Source: a bacterium (GTDB lineage Bacteria; Patescibacteriota; Minisyncoccia; Minisyncoccales; JAZDGI01). Taken from it: a stretch of 64,000 bases of DNA. Numbering within the stretch: the stretch's first letter is position 1; each line of letters opens with the position of its first letter. The notes under the pieces are model-generated. The model saw nothing but the letters and a program-made list of their open reading frames with translations, made no database searches and was not told the DNA's origin. A program made the position numbers and the translations under genes. Location: NCBI GenBank assembly GCA_043807085.1, contig JAZDGI010000013.1, positions 1,607-65,606 of the forward strand, given 5' to 3'. Shown piece after piece: positions 1-7,445 of this stretch.

Positions 1-3000
1 TCGCCGTTGGGCTTTTGGCCGCGCCGGCGTTTTTTATTTCGACCGTTCAGGCGCAGGCGTCAGACATTTCTGAAAAACTTCTGCCTCTGGCGACGGAGCT
101 GGGCTGCGAGACAAAGGTGGCCTGCGCGTCATCATTCACGGCGAATTTCTCAAAAGGGCTTGATTTGGCCGAGAAATACGATATTTACAATACCGAGCAG
201 AAAACGCTGGCGAAATCGTTTAAGCAAGAAGTGCTGGCAAACCTTACAGACGTCAGCGAAGGAGATTTTGAACAAAAAATTATTGAAATTGCGAATAATC
301 TTGTGAAAAATAAGCCCAGTTTGGCCAAACAGCTTGGCGTGAATGCGCAAGGAGTTAAAGCAGCTGAGACAATTGTCGCCGAATTAAAGAGTGTTGGCGC
401 TAATCTGACTGTTTGCAGTCGTCCAGCTGATACCCTCGCACGAGAAGAACTTATTACGTGTTTGAACGCGAGCCGGAAATTGGCGGAACGAGCGGGCGAG
501 GTCAAAACTTATATCACGAAGGAAAGACTGACGACGGCAACCAATGCCTTGAATCTTGAAGAGTCGTTGAGACGCGGCGAATACGGCAATTTAGGCCTGA
601 CGGCCGACGAAGTGGGGATGAAATGTCTTCGGTCCGATTCGCCAGCAGTGTGCGATGAAATCGCAAGTAAATTTTTCGGCGAACAAGGCGTCAAAATGCT
701 TAAAGAAGCGAAGGCTCAAGTGACGCAGACCGAAGAATTTTATCGTCAAAACGTCAAGGATTACACCTTGACAGTCTCTGGCGGAGGAACGTTTATTGGG
801 AAAGAGGCGATCAGTGGAGTTTGTGAAAGCGCATTTAAAGAAAAGAATATTGCGTTGGTGCGCGCCTGTGGCGAATTTGCGGTGAAGAATGGGTTTGCTT
901 CGCAAGTAGATGTGAGCCGCGCACTGGAAATTGTCCAGTCCGTCACCGATAAAAACATAAATTTTGACCTTTGTGTTCAGGATCCCGCCGCCTGTGATAC
1001 TTACGTCTCAAATGAGTTGCGCGGCGAATTTGATGCGATGCGGGAAATAGACAAAATTATGCGTCAGGAGATGGGCTTTGACCCGATGCAGTGTAATCAG
1101 AGCGCCACGAACCCAGAAATCGGAAAAAAATGCTTAGAAGCGTCAAGGCGCGCCTTGCCGCAGATTGAAGCAATCAGCACAAATTCAAAAGAAGCTCAAC
1201 AGCTTGTAGCCAATATCAAAAAACAGATTATTTTTGGAGAAGAAGCGCAGAATCAAAAGAACAAAATCCAGCAAGAATTGACAGTTGGCGGCGGACCGGG
1301 CGGTTGCAAAAACGAAGAGGAATGCAACAAATTCTGCGCGAAACCGGAGAACGGACCAGAATGTCTCGCTTTCGGTACTAAACAGGGTTTTTACAAAGAA
1401 GATGAAATAGCGCAACGTTTTGAAGTGTATAATCAGCAGTTTATTATGCCGACGGATTACATTCAGCCAATGTATCCAACAATGGCGTCAGGAACGCTTC
1501 CTAACGCAATGACCGGGGGAGGAATGGGCCAGAGTCCGGAATGTTTCGCGGCGATTCAGATGGGCGACTTTGCCAAAGCTAAGCAAATTTGTTCTGTGCT
1601 GCAGACATTGTCGATAAATCAAACGTCGATGGAACAATATCAGCAATCCTATCAGCCTGTCTGTCCAATGATTTTTCCGGCGCCGTGCCCAATGGGACAG
1701 TATCGAGAACAACAAATTATGAATGGCTGTTCAGTGTTTGGCGCGTGTGTTTTGTACCAAGGAACGAAGATTCAGTTGCCGACACAGCCGCAGCCGTGCC
1801 CGCAAGTGCCGCCTTGTTCTTCAGGGCAATATCATCCCACGGAATTTAATGGTTGTTTGAAAACGGAATGTCTCGTTTCGCAATGGCAGCAGCCGTCGTT
1901 CCCGATCAACCAAGGCGCCTGCACTGGCAGTCAAATCAGGTGTTATAGTCCCGGTAGTCCGGATGGCTGGTGTCAGATGCCGCCTTGTCCGGTAGTCGTA
2001 CCAGCAACTTCTTGCCCCAGCGGAAACTACTGGGATGGGAGTGCCTGCGTGCCTTCAACGTCTGTGCCGCCAACTGCCTGTACCGGTAGTCAGGTTTGGT
2101 GTCCAAGTCCTTCGGGTGGACCCGGCTGGTGTCAGATGCCGCCCTGTTCGGTAACCACCACTCCTCCAGTAACCACTACTTGTCCCACTGGTCAGTATTG
2201 GTATATGCCGTCAGCCGGTGGAACAGGCTATTGCCGAGATAATGCCAGCGTCAGCGCTTGTACTGGCAGCCAAATAAGATGTTATAATTCCAGCACTCCG
2301 GATGGCTGGAGTCAGATGACGCCCTGTCCGCCGGTTACACCATCAACCACCTGTCCCAGCGGTAATTACTGGGATGGGTCTGCTTGTGTACCCTCAACAC
2401 CCGTGTCACCAACTGCTTGTACCGGCAGCCAAATTAGGTGTTATAATTCCAGCACTCCGGATGGCTGGTGTCAGATGCCGCCGTGTCCGTCTTCAAGCAG
2501 CGGGACAGTATCGTGCTCAGGTTCTTACTCGTCAAATGGAGGACAAGCATGTAATTACTCTATGTGTCCAAATGGATGTATTATAGGGCAAAATGGCTGT
2601 CCTACTGGATGTATGTCTCCTCCGCAAATCAGCGATTGTCCTTCGGGCCAATATTGGTGCGCTCCAACTACTTCGGGGGCAAGCGGATGGTGCCAGTCAT
2701 CGCCGTGTCCGTCTTCAAGCAGCGGGACAGTATCGTGCTCAGGCGCTTACTCCGGTGGAGGGTACGCATGTAATTTTTCAATGTGTCCAAACGGTTGCAC
2801 GTTCGGGTCAGACAATTGCCCGAACGGCTGTATGAGTTCGCCACCGCCAAGCGGTAGCGGTTCCTGTACCGGCAGTCAGGTTTGGTGTCCAGGCTCTTCA
2901 GGAGCAGCCGGCTGGTGTCAGATGCCGCCGTGTCCTGTAGCCGTAACTCCGACAACCTGCCCTAGTGGAAACTATTGGGATGGAAGCGCTTGCGTACCTT

Positions 3001-3161
3001 CAACACCGCCTTCTTGTCCCGATGGCAACTACTGGAATGGAAGCGCTTGCGTCGTCAGCGGCATCTTGTCTGAAAATCAATTAGCTGAAATAGCCTCAGC
3101 TTTCAGCAATCTCCGCAATGAAATATTTGGATTGTTTAATTTGCTTAATTTACCGCGTTAA
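1..3161 (+). CDS. Large secreted cysteine-rich tandem-repeat protein; 5' end lies outside the window (the annotated TTG at 15 sits inside a signal-peptide-like AVGLLAAPAFFISTVQAQA).
   Basis: ORF 15..3161 stays open back to position 3. An N-terminal ~400 aa helical region is followed by at least 6 repeated Cys modules (CTGSQ[IV][RW]C...PDGWCQMPPCP and CPSGNYWDGSACVPST). Confidence 0.7.
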   Translation, partial: AVGLLAAPAFFISTVQAQASDISEKLLPLATELGCETKVACASSFTANFSKGLDLAEKYDIYNTEQKTLAKSFKQEVLANLTDVSEGDFEQKIIEIANNLVKNKPSLAKQLGVNAQGVKAAETIVAELKSVGANLTVCSRPADTLAREELITCLNASRKLAERAGEVKTYITKERLTTATNALNLEESLRRGEYGNLGLTADEVGMKCLRSDSPAVCDEIASKFFGEQGVKMLKEAKAQVTQTEEFYRQNVKDYTLTVSGGGTFIGKEAISGVCESAFKEKNIALVRACGEFAVKNGFASQVDVSRALEIVQSVTDKNINFDLCVQDPAACDTYVSNELRGEFDAMREIDKIMRQEMGFDPMQCNQSATNPEIGKKCLEASRRALPQIEAISTNSKEAQQLVANIKKQIIFGEEAQNQKNKIQQELTVGGGPGGCKNEEECNKFCAKPENGPECLAFGTKQGFYKEDEIAQRFEVYNQQFIMPTDYIQPMYPTMASGTLPNAMTGGGMGQSPECFAAIQMGDFAKAKQICSVLQTLSINQTSMEQYQQSYQPVCPMIFPAPCPMGQYREQQIMNGCSVFGACVLYQGTKIQLPTQPQPCPQVPPCSSGQYHPTEFNGCLKTECLVSQWQQPSFPINQGACTGSQIRCYSPGSPDGWCQMPPCPVVVPATSCPSGNYWDGSACVPSTSVPPTACTGSQVWCPSPSGGPGWCQMPPCSVTTTPPVTTTCPTGQYWYMPSAGGTGYCRDNASVSACTGSQIRCYNSSTPDGWSQMTPCPPVTPSTTCPSGNYWDGSACVPSTPVSPTACTGSQIRCYNSSTPDGWCQMPPCPSSSSGTVSCSGSYSSNGGQACNYSMCPNGCIIGQNGCPTGCMSPPQISDCPSGQYWCAPTTSGASGWCQSSPCPSSSSGTVSCSGAYSGGGYACNFSMCPNGCTFGSDNCPNGCMSSPPPSGSGSCTGSQVWCPGSSGAAGWCQMPPCPVAVTPTTCPSGNYWDGSACVPSTPPSCPDGNYWNGSACVVSGILSENQLAEIASAFSNLRNEIFGLFNLLNLPR
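1915..3050 (+). repeat. DNA-level tandem, imperfect repeats of roughly 120-130 nt that encode the Cys-rich modules.
   Basis: The string ctg(c/t)accggcagtca(a/g)(a/g)t...ggatggctggtgtcagatgccgcc(c/g)tgtcc recurs at about 1921, 2083, 2263, 2413, 2863; the cccagcggaaactactgggatgg unit also recurs. Confidence 0.7.
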
Positions 3162-3169
3162 GTGGGAAA

Positions 3170-3190
3170 TTAGACGTTGAATGTCTAACA
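3170..3190. repeat. REP-like palindrome (ttagacgttgaatgtctaaca) immediately after the stop codon.
   Basis: Inverted arms TTAGAC...GTCTAA, related to the RAYT-flanking REPs at 45408 and 46133 and to the copy at 29013. Confidence 0.55.
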
Positions 3191-3316
3191 ATCTCGCCAA
3201 CGATAGTTGATTATTTTAAAATAGAAGCAGGTTGACTGATTGTCTTGGGTATGCTAAGCTTAACGTTGTTAGGTCGAAACTTTAAATTACTAAGTTAAAA
3301 ATCACAAGCTGTAAAT

Positions 3317-3514
3317 ATGGAAGGAACAATCAAAACTATCACCGACAAAGGCTTTGGATTCATTGCCGTTGACGGAGAGGAAAAAGATTTATTTTTCCAC
3401 AGAAATGAGCTTCAGGGCGTAACTTTCGAAGAGCTGAAAGTAGGAGACAGGGTTTCTTTTGAAAAGGGCGATTCGCCCAAGGGCCCTAACGCCAAAAGCG
3501 TAACCCGCATTTAA
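3317..3514 (+). CDS. cspA: Cold-shock protein (CspA family).
   Basis: 65 aa; KGFGFI and FFH RNP motifs; typical Csp length. Confidence 0.9.
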   Translation: MEGTIKTITDKGFGFIAVDGEEKDLFFHRNELQGVTFEELKVGDRVSFEKGDSPKGPNAKSVTRI

Positions 3515-3607
3515 GTTTATGGGTATAGGATGGCTTACGCAAAAAAGACGCAATAGGAAAACAAGGAAAAAAGGAAAGAAGCAGAGAGAAAAAAGATAGA
3601 AAAGACC

Positions 3608-3657
3608 CCGCCGTCTAAGCAGTATATAAATCATACTAGCCAAGACGGCGGTTTGTT
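3608..3657 (+). terminator. Long imperfect hairpin (outer stem ccgccgtct/agacggcgg, inner stem agtat/atact) followed by tttgtt. Possible cspA terminator or a structured greA leader.
   Basis: Inverted repeats seen in the sequence. The large loop makes a terminator role uncertain. Confidence 0.35.
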
Positions 3658-3672
3658 ATAATTATATTAAAA

Positions 3673-4137
3673 ATGACAAAATATTTAACGGCCGAAGGCC
3701 TTGAAAAATTAAAAAAAGAGCTTGATCATTTAGAGAAAGTGGAGAGAAGGGAGATTTCAGAGAAAATAAGGCAAACAGCGGCTTTCGGCGACCTCAAGGA
3801 AAACTTCGCTTATCACGAGGCAAAAGACGCCCAAGGGTTTTTGGAGGGTAGGATTCGGGAACTAAAGGGAGTTATTGCTGGTGCCAAGGTAATAGAAAAA
3901 AATAGAAGCGGGAAAGTCCAGGCCGGCTCTATTGTTTTGCTTGATTCCAGCGACGGGCAGAGGGAAGGCAAAGAGGAATTCCAGATTGTCGGCCCTGAAG
4001 AAGCCGATATTTTCAAGGGAAAAATTTCTTATCAGTCTCCTTTGGGCGCGGCTCTTTTGGGAAAAACCAAGGGAGATAAAGCAGTCATAAAGTCTTCCGA
4101 TGGCATTATTGAGTATAAAATTTTAGAGATTAAGTGA
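3673..4137 (+). CDS. greA: Transcription elongation factor GreA.
   Basis: 154 aa; N-terminal coiled-coil LEKLKKELDHLE; FGDLKEN and AKDAQGFLEGRI motifs. Confidence 0.9.
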   Translation: MTKYLTAEGLEKLKKELDHLEKVERREISEKIRQTAAFGDLKENFAYHEAKDAQGFLEGRIRELKGVIAGAKVIEKNRSGKVQAGSIVLLDSSDGQREGKEEFQIVGPEEADIFKGKISYQSPLGAALLGKTKGDKAVIKSSDGIIEYKILEIK

Positions 4138-4154
4138 TTTTTCTCAGTCAAAAC

Positions 4155-4180
4155 AAAAACCCCCTTTTCGGGGGTTTTTG
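4155..4180. terminator. Bidirectional rho-independent terminator (aaaaa-CCCCC-tttt-c-GGGGG-ttttt) between convergent greA and the zinc-ribbon gene.
   Basis: GC stem flanked by an A-run and a T-run. Confidence 0.8.
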
Positions 4181-4188
4181 CGATTAGC

Positions 4189-4374
4189 TTATCTGCTGAA
4201 TCTTTGGGCTCTTTTTTTGGCCCAGCAATCTTTGCAGAAAATTGGTCTGTCTTCAGAAGGCGCGAAAGGAAGTTCTGTTATTTCCTTTTGGCATTCAGAG
4301 CAGTTCCAATTGCCTTTGACCATTTCCCTGGGAGCGAAATCTCGGCCAGGCTGGTCATTGAAATTCTTGAACAT
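4189..4374 (-). CDS. Small C4 zinc-ribbon protein, function unknown.
   Basis: 61 aa; CSECQKE...(x17)...CKDCW gives a CxxC-x17-CxxC arrangement. Confidence 0.5.
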   Translation of the reverse strand: MFKNFNDQPGRDFAPREMVKGNWNCSECQKEITELPFAPSEDRPIFCKDCWAKKRAQRFSR

Positions 4375-4401
4375 GTGAGAACGATAATAACTTGAGTTTA
4401 A

Positions 4402-4436
4402 AGCGACCTTTATGACCTAAAAGTCGCTTTTTAATA
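4402..4436. terminator. Hairpin (gcgacctttt...aaaagtcgc) plus ttttt, located upstream of the ZIP transporter promoter.
   Basis: Imperfect 9-bp stem with a T-run. Could be an insulator terminator or a regulatory element. Confidence 0.35.
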
Positions 4437-4475
4437 CGACTCTCGATCTGAGGCTATTATACTCTTTATTAAAAA

Positions 4476-4504
4476 CTTGTCAAATGGGCTGGCTTTGACT
4501 ATAA
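4476..4504 (+). promoter_or_regulatory. Sigma70-like promoter TTGTCA-17-TATAAT. The ATG at 4514 lies about 10 nt downstream, so the mRNA is leaderless or nearly so.
   Basis: Exact hexamers with 17-nt spacing; no Shine-Dalgarno before the ATG. Confidence 0.5.
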
Positions 4505-4513
4505 TGATGAAAA

Positions 4514-5272
4514 ATGAACACGTTCTTCTGGATATTAATTTTTACTTTTTCAATCAGCCTGGTTTCTTTCAGCGGAGCCCTGATTTTATTTTTGAAAGAA
4601 AAAGTTTTAAACAGGGTGCTTTTGCTTTTAGTCGCTTTTTCAGCCGGAGCCTTTCTAGGAAGCGCCTTCCTTGATTTGATTCCGGAAGCATTGGAGGGAA
4701 TAGAGTTTGAACAGGCCCGGATGACGGAAGTTTTTCTTTATCTGATTTTTGGCTTCTGTTCTTTTTTTATTTTAGAGCAGTTTATTCAATGGCACCATCA
4801 TCATTCCCTCAACCATCCGGAGATTAAAGTTTTTTCCCGAATGATTTTATTTTCAGACGGTCTTCATAATTTTATTGACGGGGTTGTTATTGCCGGGGCG
4901 TTTATGGTCGGGTTTCCGGTGGGAGTGGCGGCGGCTTTGGCCGTTGCCCTGCACGAAATTCCCCAGGGCGTTGGCAATTTCAGTTGCTTGCTTTACGGCG
5001 GATTTAAGAAAACCAGAGCTTTGTTTTTGAACTTTATTGCCAATACCACCATAATCTTGGGCGGAGTTTTTGGTTTTTTGCTGGCTGAAAAAGCCGGCGA
5101 GAAAATATTTTTTATCTTGCCTTTTGCCGCCGGCGGTTTTATATATGTTGCGGCGTCTGATCTTATTCCTCAAATCAAAGAGGAGTGGGGAATGAAAAAG
5201 TCTGCCCTTCATTTTTTGCTGTTTCTGGCCGGTATTGCTTTGATGTGGGTATTGACTAGCTTTCTTGCTTAA
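4514..5272 (+). CDS. zupT: ZIP-family metal (zinc) transporter, ZupT-like.
   Basis: 252 aa polytopic membrane protein; HHHH loop; HEIPQG signature. Confidence 0.8.
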   Translation: MNTFFWILIFTFSISLVSFSGALILFLKEKVLNRVLLLLVAFSAGAFLGSAFLDLIPEALEGIEFEQARMTEVFLYLIFGFCSFFILEQFIQWHHHHSLNHPEIKVFSRMILFSDGLHNFIDGVVIAGAFMVGFPVGVAAALAVALHEIPQGVGNFSCLLYGGFKKTRALFLNFIANTTIILGGVFGFLLAEKAGEKIFFILPFAAGGFIYVAASDLIPQIKEEWGMKKSALHFLLFLAGIALMWVLTSFLA

Positions 5273-5368
5273 ATTAAGCTAGAATAAGTTAAAGTTATAG
5301 AGAGGGCGATGCCTCTAACACAATAAAAAGAAAAAGGTCGGTTTTGAAAATTAATTTTGCATACTAAA

Positions 5369-5530
5369 ATGGCATCAATCGCTTACTGCGTTAAATGTAA
5401 GGCAAAGAGAGAAATGTTGGGAGAGAAAGAAGTCCCGATGAAGGGAAAGGGTGGAGTAAAGAGAAGGGCTTTAACCGGCACCTGCTCCAAATGCGGAACA
5501 AAGATGTTTAGGATTTTAGGCAAGGCCTAG
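5369..5530 (+). CDS. DUF5679-like small C4 zinc-ribbon protein (53 aa).
   Basis: Absent from the ORF track because it is under 60 aa. MASIAYCVKCKAKREM...GTCSKCGTKMFRILGKA gives CxxC...CxxC. Confidence 0.55.
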   Translation: MASIAYCVKCKAKREMLGEKEVPMKGKGGVKRRALTGTCSKCGTKMFRILGKA

Positions 5531-5553
5531 TTTTAATCGTCGTATCTCTTTTT

Positions 5554-5592
5554 AAAACGCCCGAGGCAGTTTTTCTGCTCTCGGGCGTTTTA
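5554..5592 (+). terminator. Rho-independent terminator (aaaacgcccgag...ctcgggcgtttt).
   Basis: 8-bp GC-rich stem followed by a T-run. Confidence 0.7.
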
Positions 5593-5667
5593 AGTTAAAA
5601 AGAGTTTGCATGAGGCCGGACCTCATACAACTTTCTAGGTTTATTGTTTTAAAAAAAAGAAGAACCC

Positions 5668-5695
5668 CGGGCTGAACAGTTTTCTGTTCAGCTCG
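5668..5695 (-). terminator. Hairpin gctgaacag/ctgttcagc downstream of the minus-strand secreted-protein gene.
   Basis: On the minus strand the T-tract lies about 12 nt beyond the stem, so this is a weak terminator. Confidence 0.3.
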
Positions 5696-5710
5696 AGGTT
5701 ATAAAACCCG

Positions 5711-6418
5711 CTAATCCGCAGGTCCCGGGGAATAATAGATGGGGGAGTGCCAATCTTCCCCACCCCAGGAAGAGAAATGACACATTATATAGTATTCTCC
5801 TCCTGGGAACGACTCGACAAACGAATTGATATTAATCGAGCATTCCCCGTTATCCGCCACTGCGGCGGAGTGAAAGAGGTTTTGCGGAACTGAAAAAAGG
5901 TTCATCCTTATCGGTTCCCCTCCAGCATTTCCAATGGACTCCCAGCTGACGTGAACAACGCCAGCTTTCATCTGGAACTTAACGTTCCGCAGCTGTGGCA
6001 GCTCGCGCAATACTGTTTCAATCAGTACGGGGCTATTTTCCCGCCAGAGGAGGGTGACCATGGCTTTGCAATTTTGTCCAGGAAGAACCTCTATTTGATT
6101 CTTCCCGGGGAAAATATGGGTTCCGTCCTTGTGCTGGATTGAAAGGAAGACTCTACAGGAGCCAGTGTCCCCCAAGAAGAACATATTGACCGTGACAAAT
6201 CGAGTAATGCCGGTGTTGTTTTGCAGGGAAAAACGTTGATAAAGCCAGTTTTCCCCTACCATTTTCTCCTCAAGGGCTATGTTTAGGCCTTGAGCTACAA
6301 TAAACCGAGGAGGTAGTATTATGATATCACTCGGGGCGGCTGAGGTAGGCGTTGGCTGCCAAGCCAGCCCAATCACTGCCACTAAGATTGCCAGAAATAC
6401 CGAGGTTACGTTTTTCAC
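5711..6418 (-). CDS. Hypothetical secreted protein.
   Basis: 235 aa; N-terminal signal peptide MKNVTSVFLAILVAVIGLAWQPTPTSA; no recognised catalytic motif. Confidence 0.5.
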   Translation of the reverse strand: MKNVTSVFLAILVAVIGLAWQPTPTSAAPSDIIILPPRFIVAQGLNIALEEKMVGENWLYQRFSLQNNTGITRFVTVNMFFLGDTGSCRVFLSIQHKDGTHIFPGKNQIEVLPGQNCKAMVTLLWRENSPVLIETVLRELPQLRNVKFQMKAGVVHVSWESIGNAGGEPIRMNLFSVPQNLFHSAAVADNGECSININSFVESFPGGEYYIMCHFSSWGGEDWHSPIYYSPGPAD

Positions 6419-6581
6419 CTTGTTCCTCCTAGACGTATATTTTCCTGGACGGCAATGCCGTCCGAAATCCCTATTTTGACGCGATATTTAATGACCTAAA
6501 GCGATTATACAGATATTTTAATAATTGTCAAGGAGGAGTTTTTTAAAAACATGATAGGCTGAATATATAGACTGAATATAT

Positions 6582-7445
6582 ATGATAGGAAGAATGAAGA
6601 AAAATCAGATTTTGATAATTTTGAGCGGGCTGGTCTTTTTCAATGTTTTGGCTTGGCTGGTAGTTTATGATTCAAGCAAGAATAAGTTTTTGGAAGTGAA
6701 TTTTTTTGATGTGGGACAAGGGGATAGTATTTTTATTGAGACTCCCGGCCGAGCGCAGATTTTGATTGACGGCGGGCCCGACTCGGCTGTTTTAGAAAAG
6801 CTGGCAAAAGAAATGCCTTTTTGGGATAGGACGATTGATCTGGTCATTTTAACGCATCCGGAGAAAGATCATTTGGCAGGTCTTTTGGATGTTTTGAGCA
6901 AATACAAAGTGGAAAATATTTTATGGACAGGAATTATCCGAGATACCGCCGAATATCAAGAATGGGTAAAGCTGATTGAGTCCGAAGGGGCGAAAATCTT
7001 TATCGCCAAAGCCGGCACGCGCGCGCTCTCGGAGAGCGCGCGTATTGATATTTTATCTCCGCTTGAAAGTCTGGTTGGTCAGGAATTCAAAGACAGCAAC
7101 GACACCTCAATCGTTGCTAAATTAACTTTTGGCGAAAGTTCTTTTTTGTTCACCGGCGACATCTCAAAATCAGTTGAAAAAGAGCTGAATAAGAATGATG
7201 TTGATTCCGACGTTTTAAAAGTCGGCCACCACGGCAGTAAAACATCAAGCGGAGAAGAGTTTATCAAAGAGGTTTCTCCGCAAATCGCCGTAATTTCGGC
7301 TGGCAAAAATAACTCTTACGGCCATCCCCATAAAGAAGTCTTGGATATTTTAAATGAATATGGTATTCATATATATGAGACAGGCAAAGACGGCGATATA
7401 AAAATAATTTCAGACGGAGAAAATTATGCAATTTCCAATTTTTAA
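6582..7445 (+). CDS. Membrane-anchored metallo-beta-lactamase-fold protein, ComEC/Rec2 C-terminal domain type. The true start may be ATG 6594 (MKKNQ..., SD-like ggaag).
   Basis: N-terminal transmembrane segment; DVGQGDSIFIETPG, THPEKDHLAGL and VGHHGSKTSS match ComEC MBL motifs. Confidence 0.7.
   Translation: MIGRMKKNQILIILSGLVFFNVLAWLVVYDSSKNKFLEVNFFDVGQGDSIFIETPGRAQILIDGGPDSAVLEKLAKEMPFWDRTIDLVILTHPEKDHLAGLLDVLSKYKVENILWTGIIRDTAEYQEWVKLIESEGAKIFIAKAGTRALSESARIDILSPLESLVGQEFKDSNDTSIVAKLTFGESSFLFTGDISKSVEKELNKNDVDSDVLKVGHHGSKTSSGEEFIKEVSPQIAVISAGKNNSYGHPHKEVLDILNEYGIHIYETGKDGDIKIISDGENYAISNF

Noticed and set aside
150-2955. Multiple 60-110 aa ORFs on both strands inside the Cys-rich repeat gene (for example 185..505-, 2374..2586+, 2593..2835+, 2668..2955-).
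   Set aside because: They are fully nested in a long, motif-rich ORF; repetitive GC-rich sequence generates open alternative frames; they have no ribosome-binding sites or motifs.
3231-3260. cspA promoter TTGACT-17-TAAGCT.
   Set aside because: The -10 matches consensus at only 3 of 6 positions, so it was not reported as a feature, although the long 5' UTR fits cold-shock mRNAs.
5280-5368. Promoter for the DUF5679 gene (TTGAAA ... TACTAA).
   Set aside because: The spacing between candidate hexamers is about 12 nt, too short; no convincing -10.
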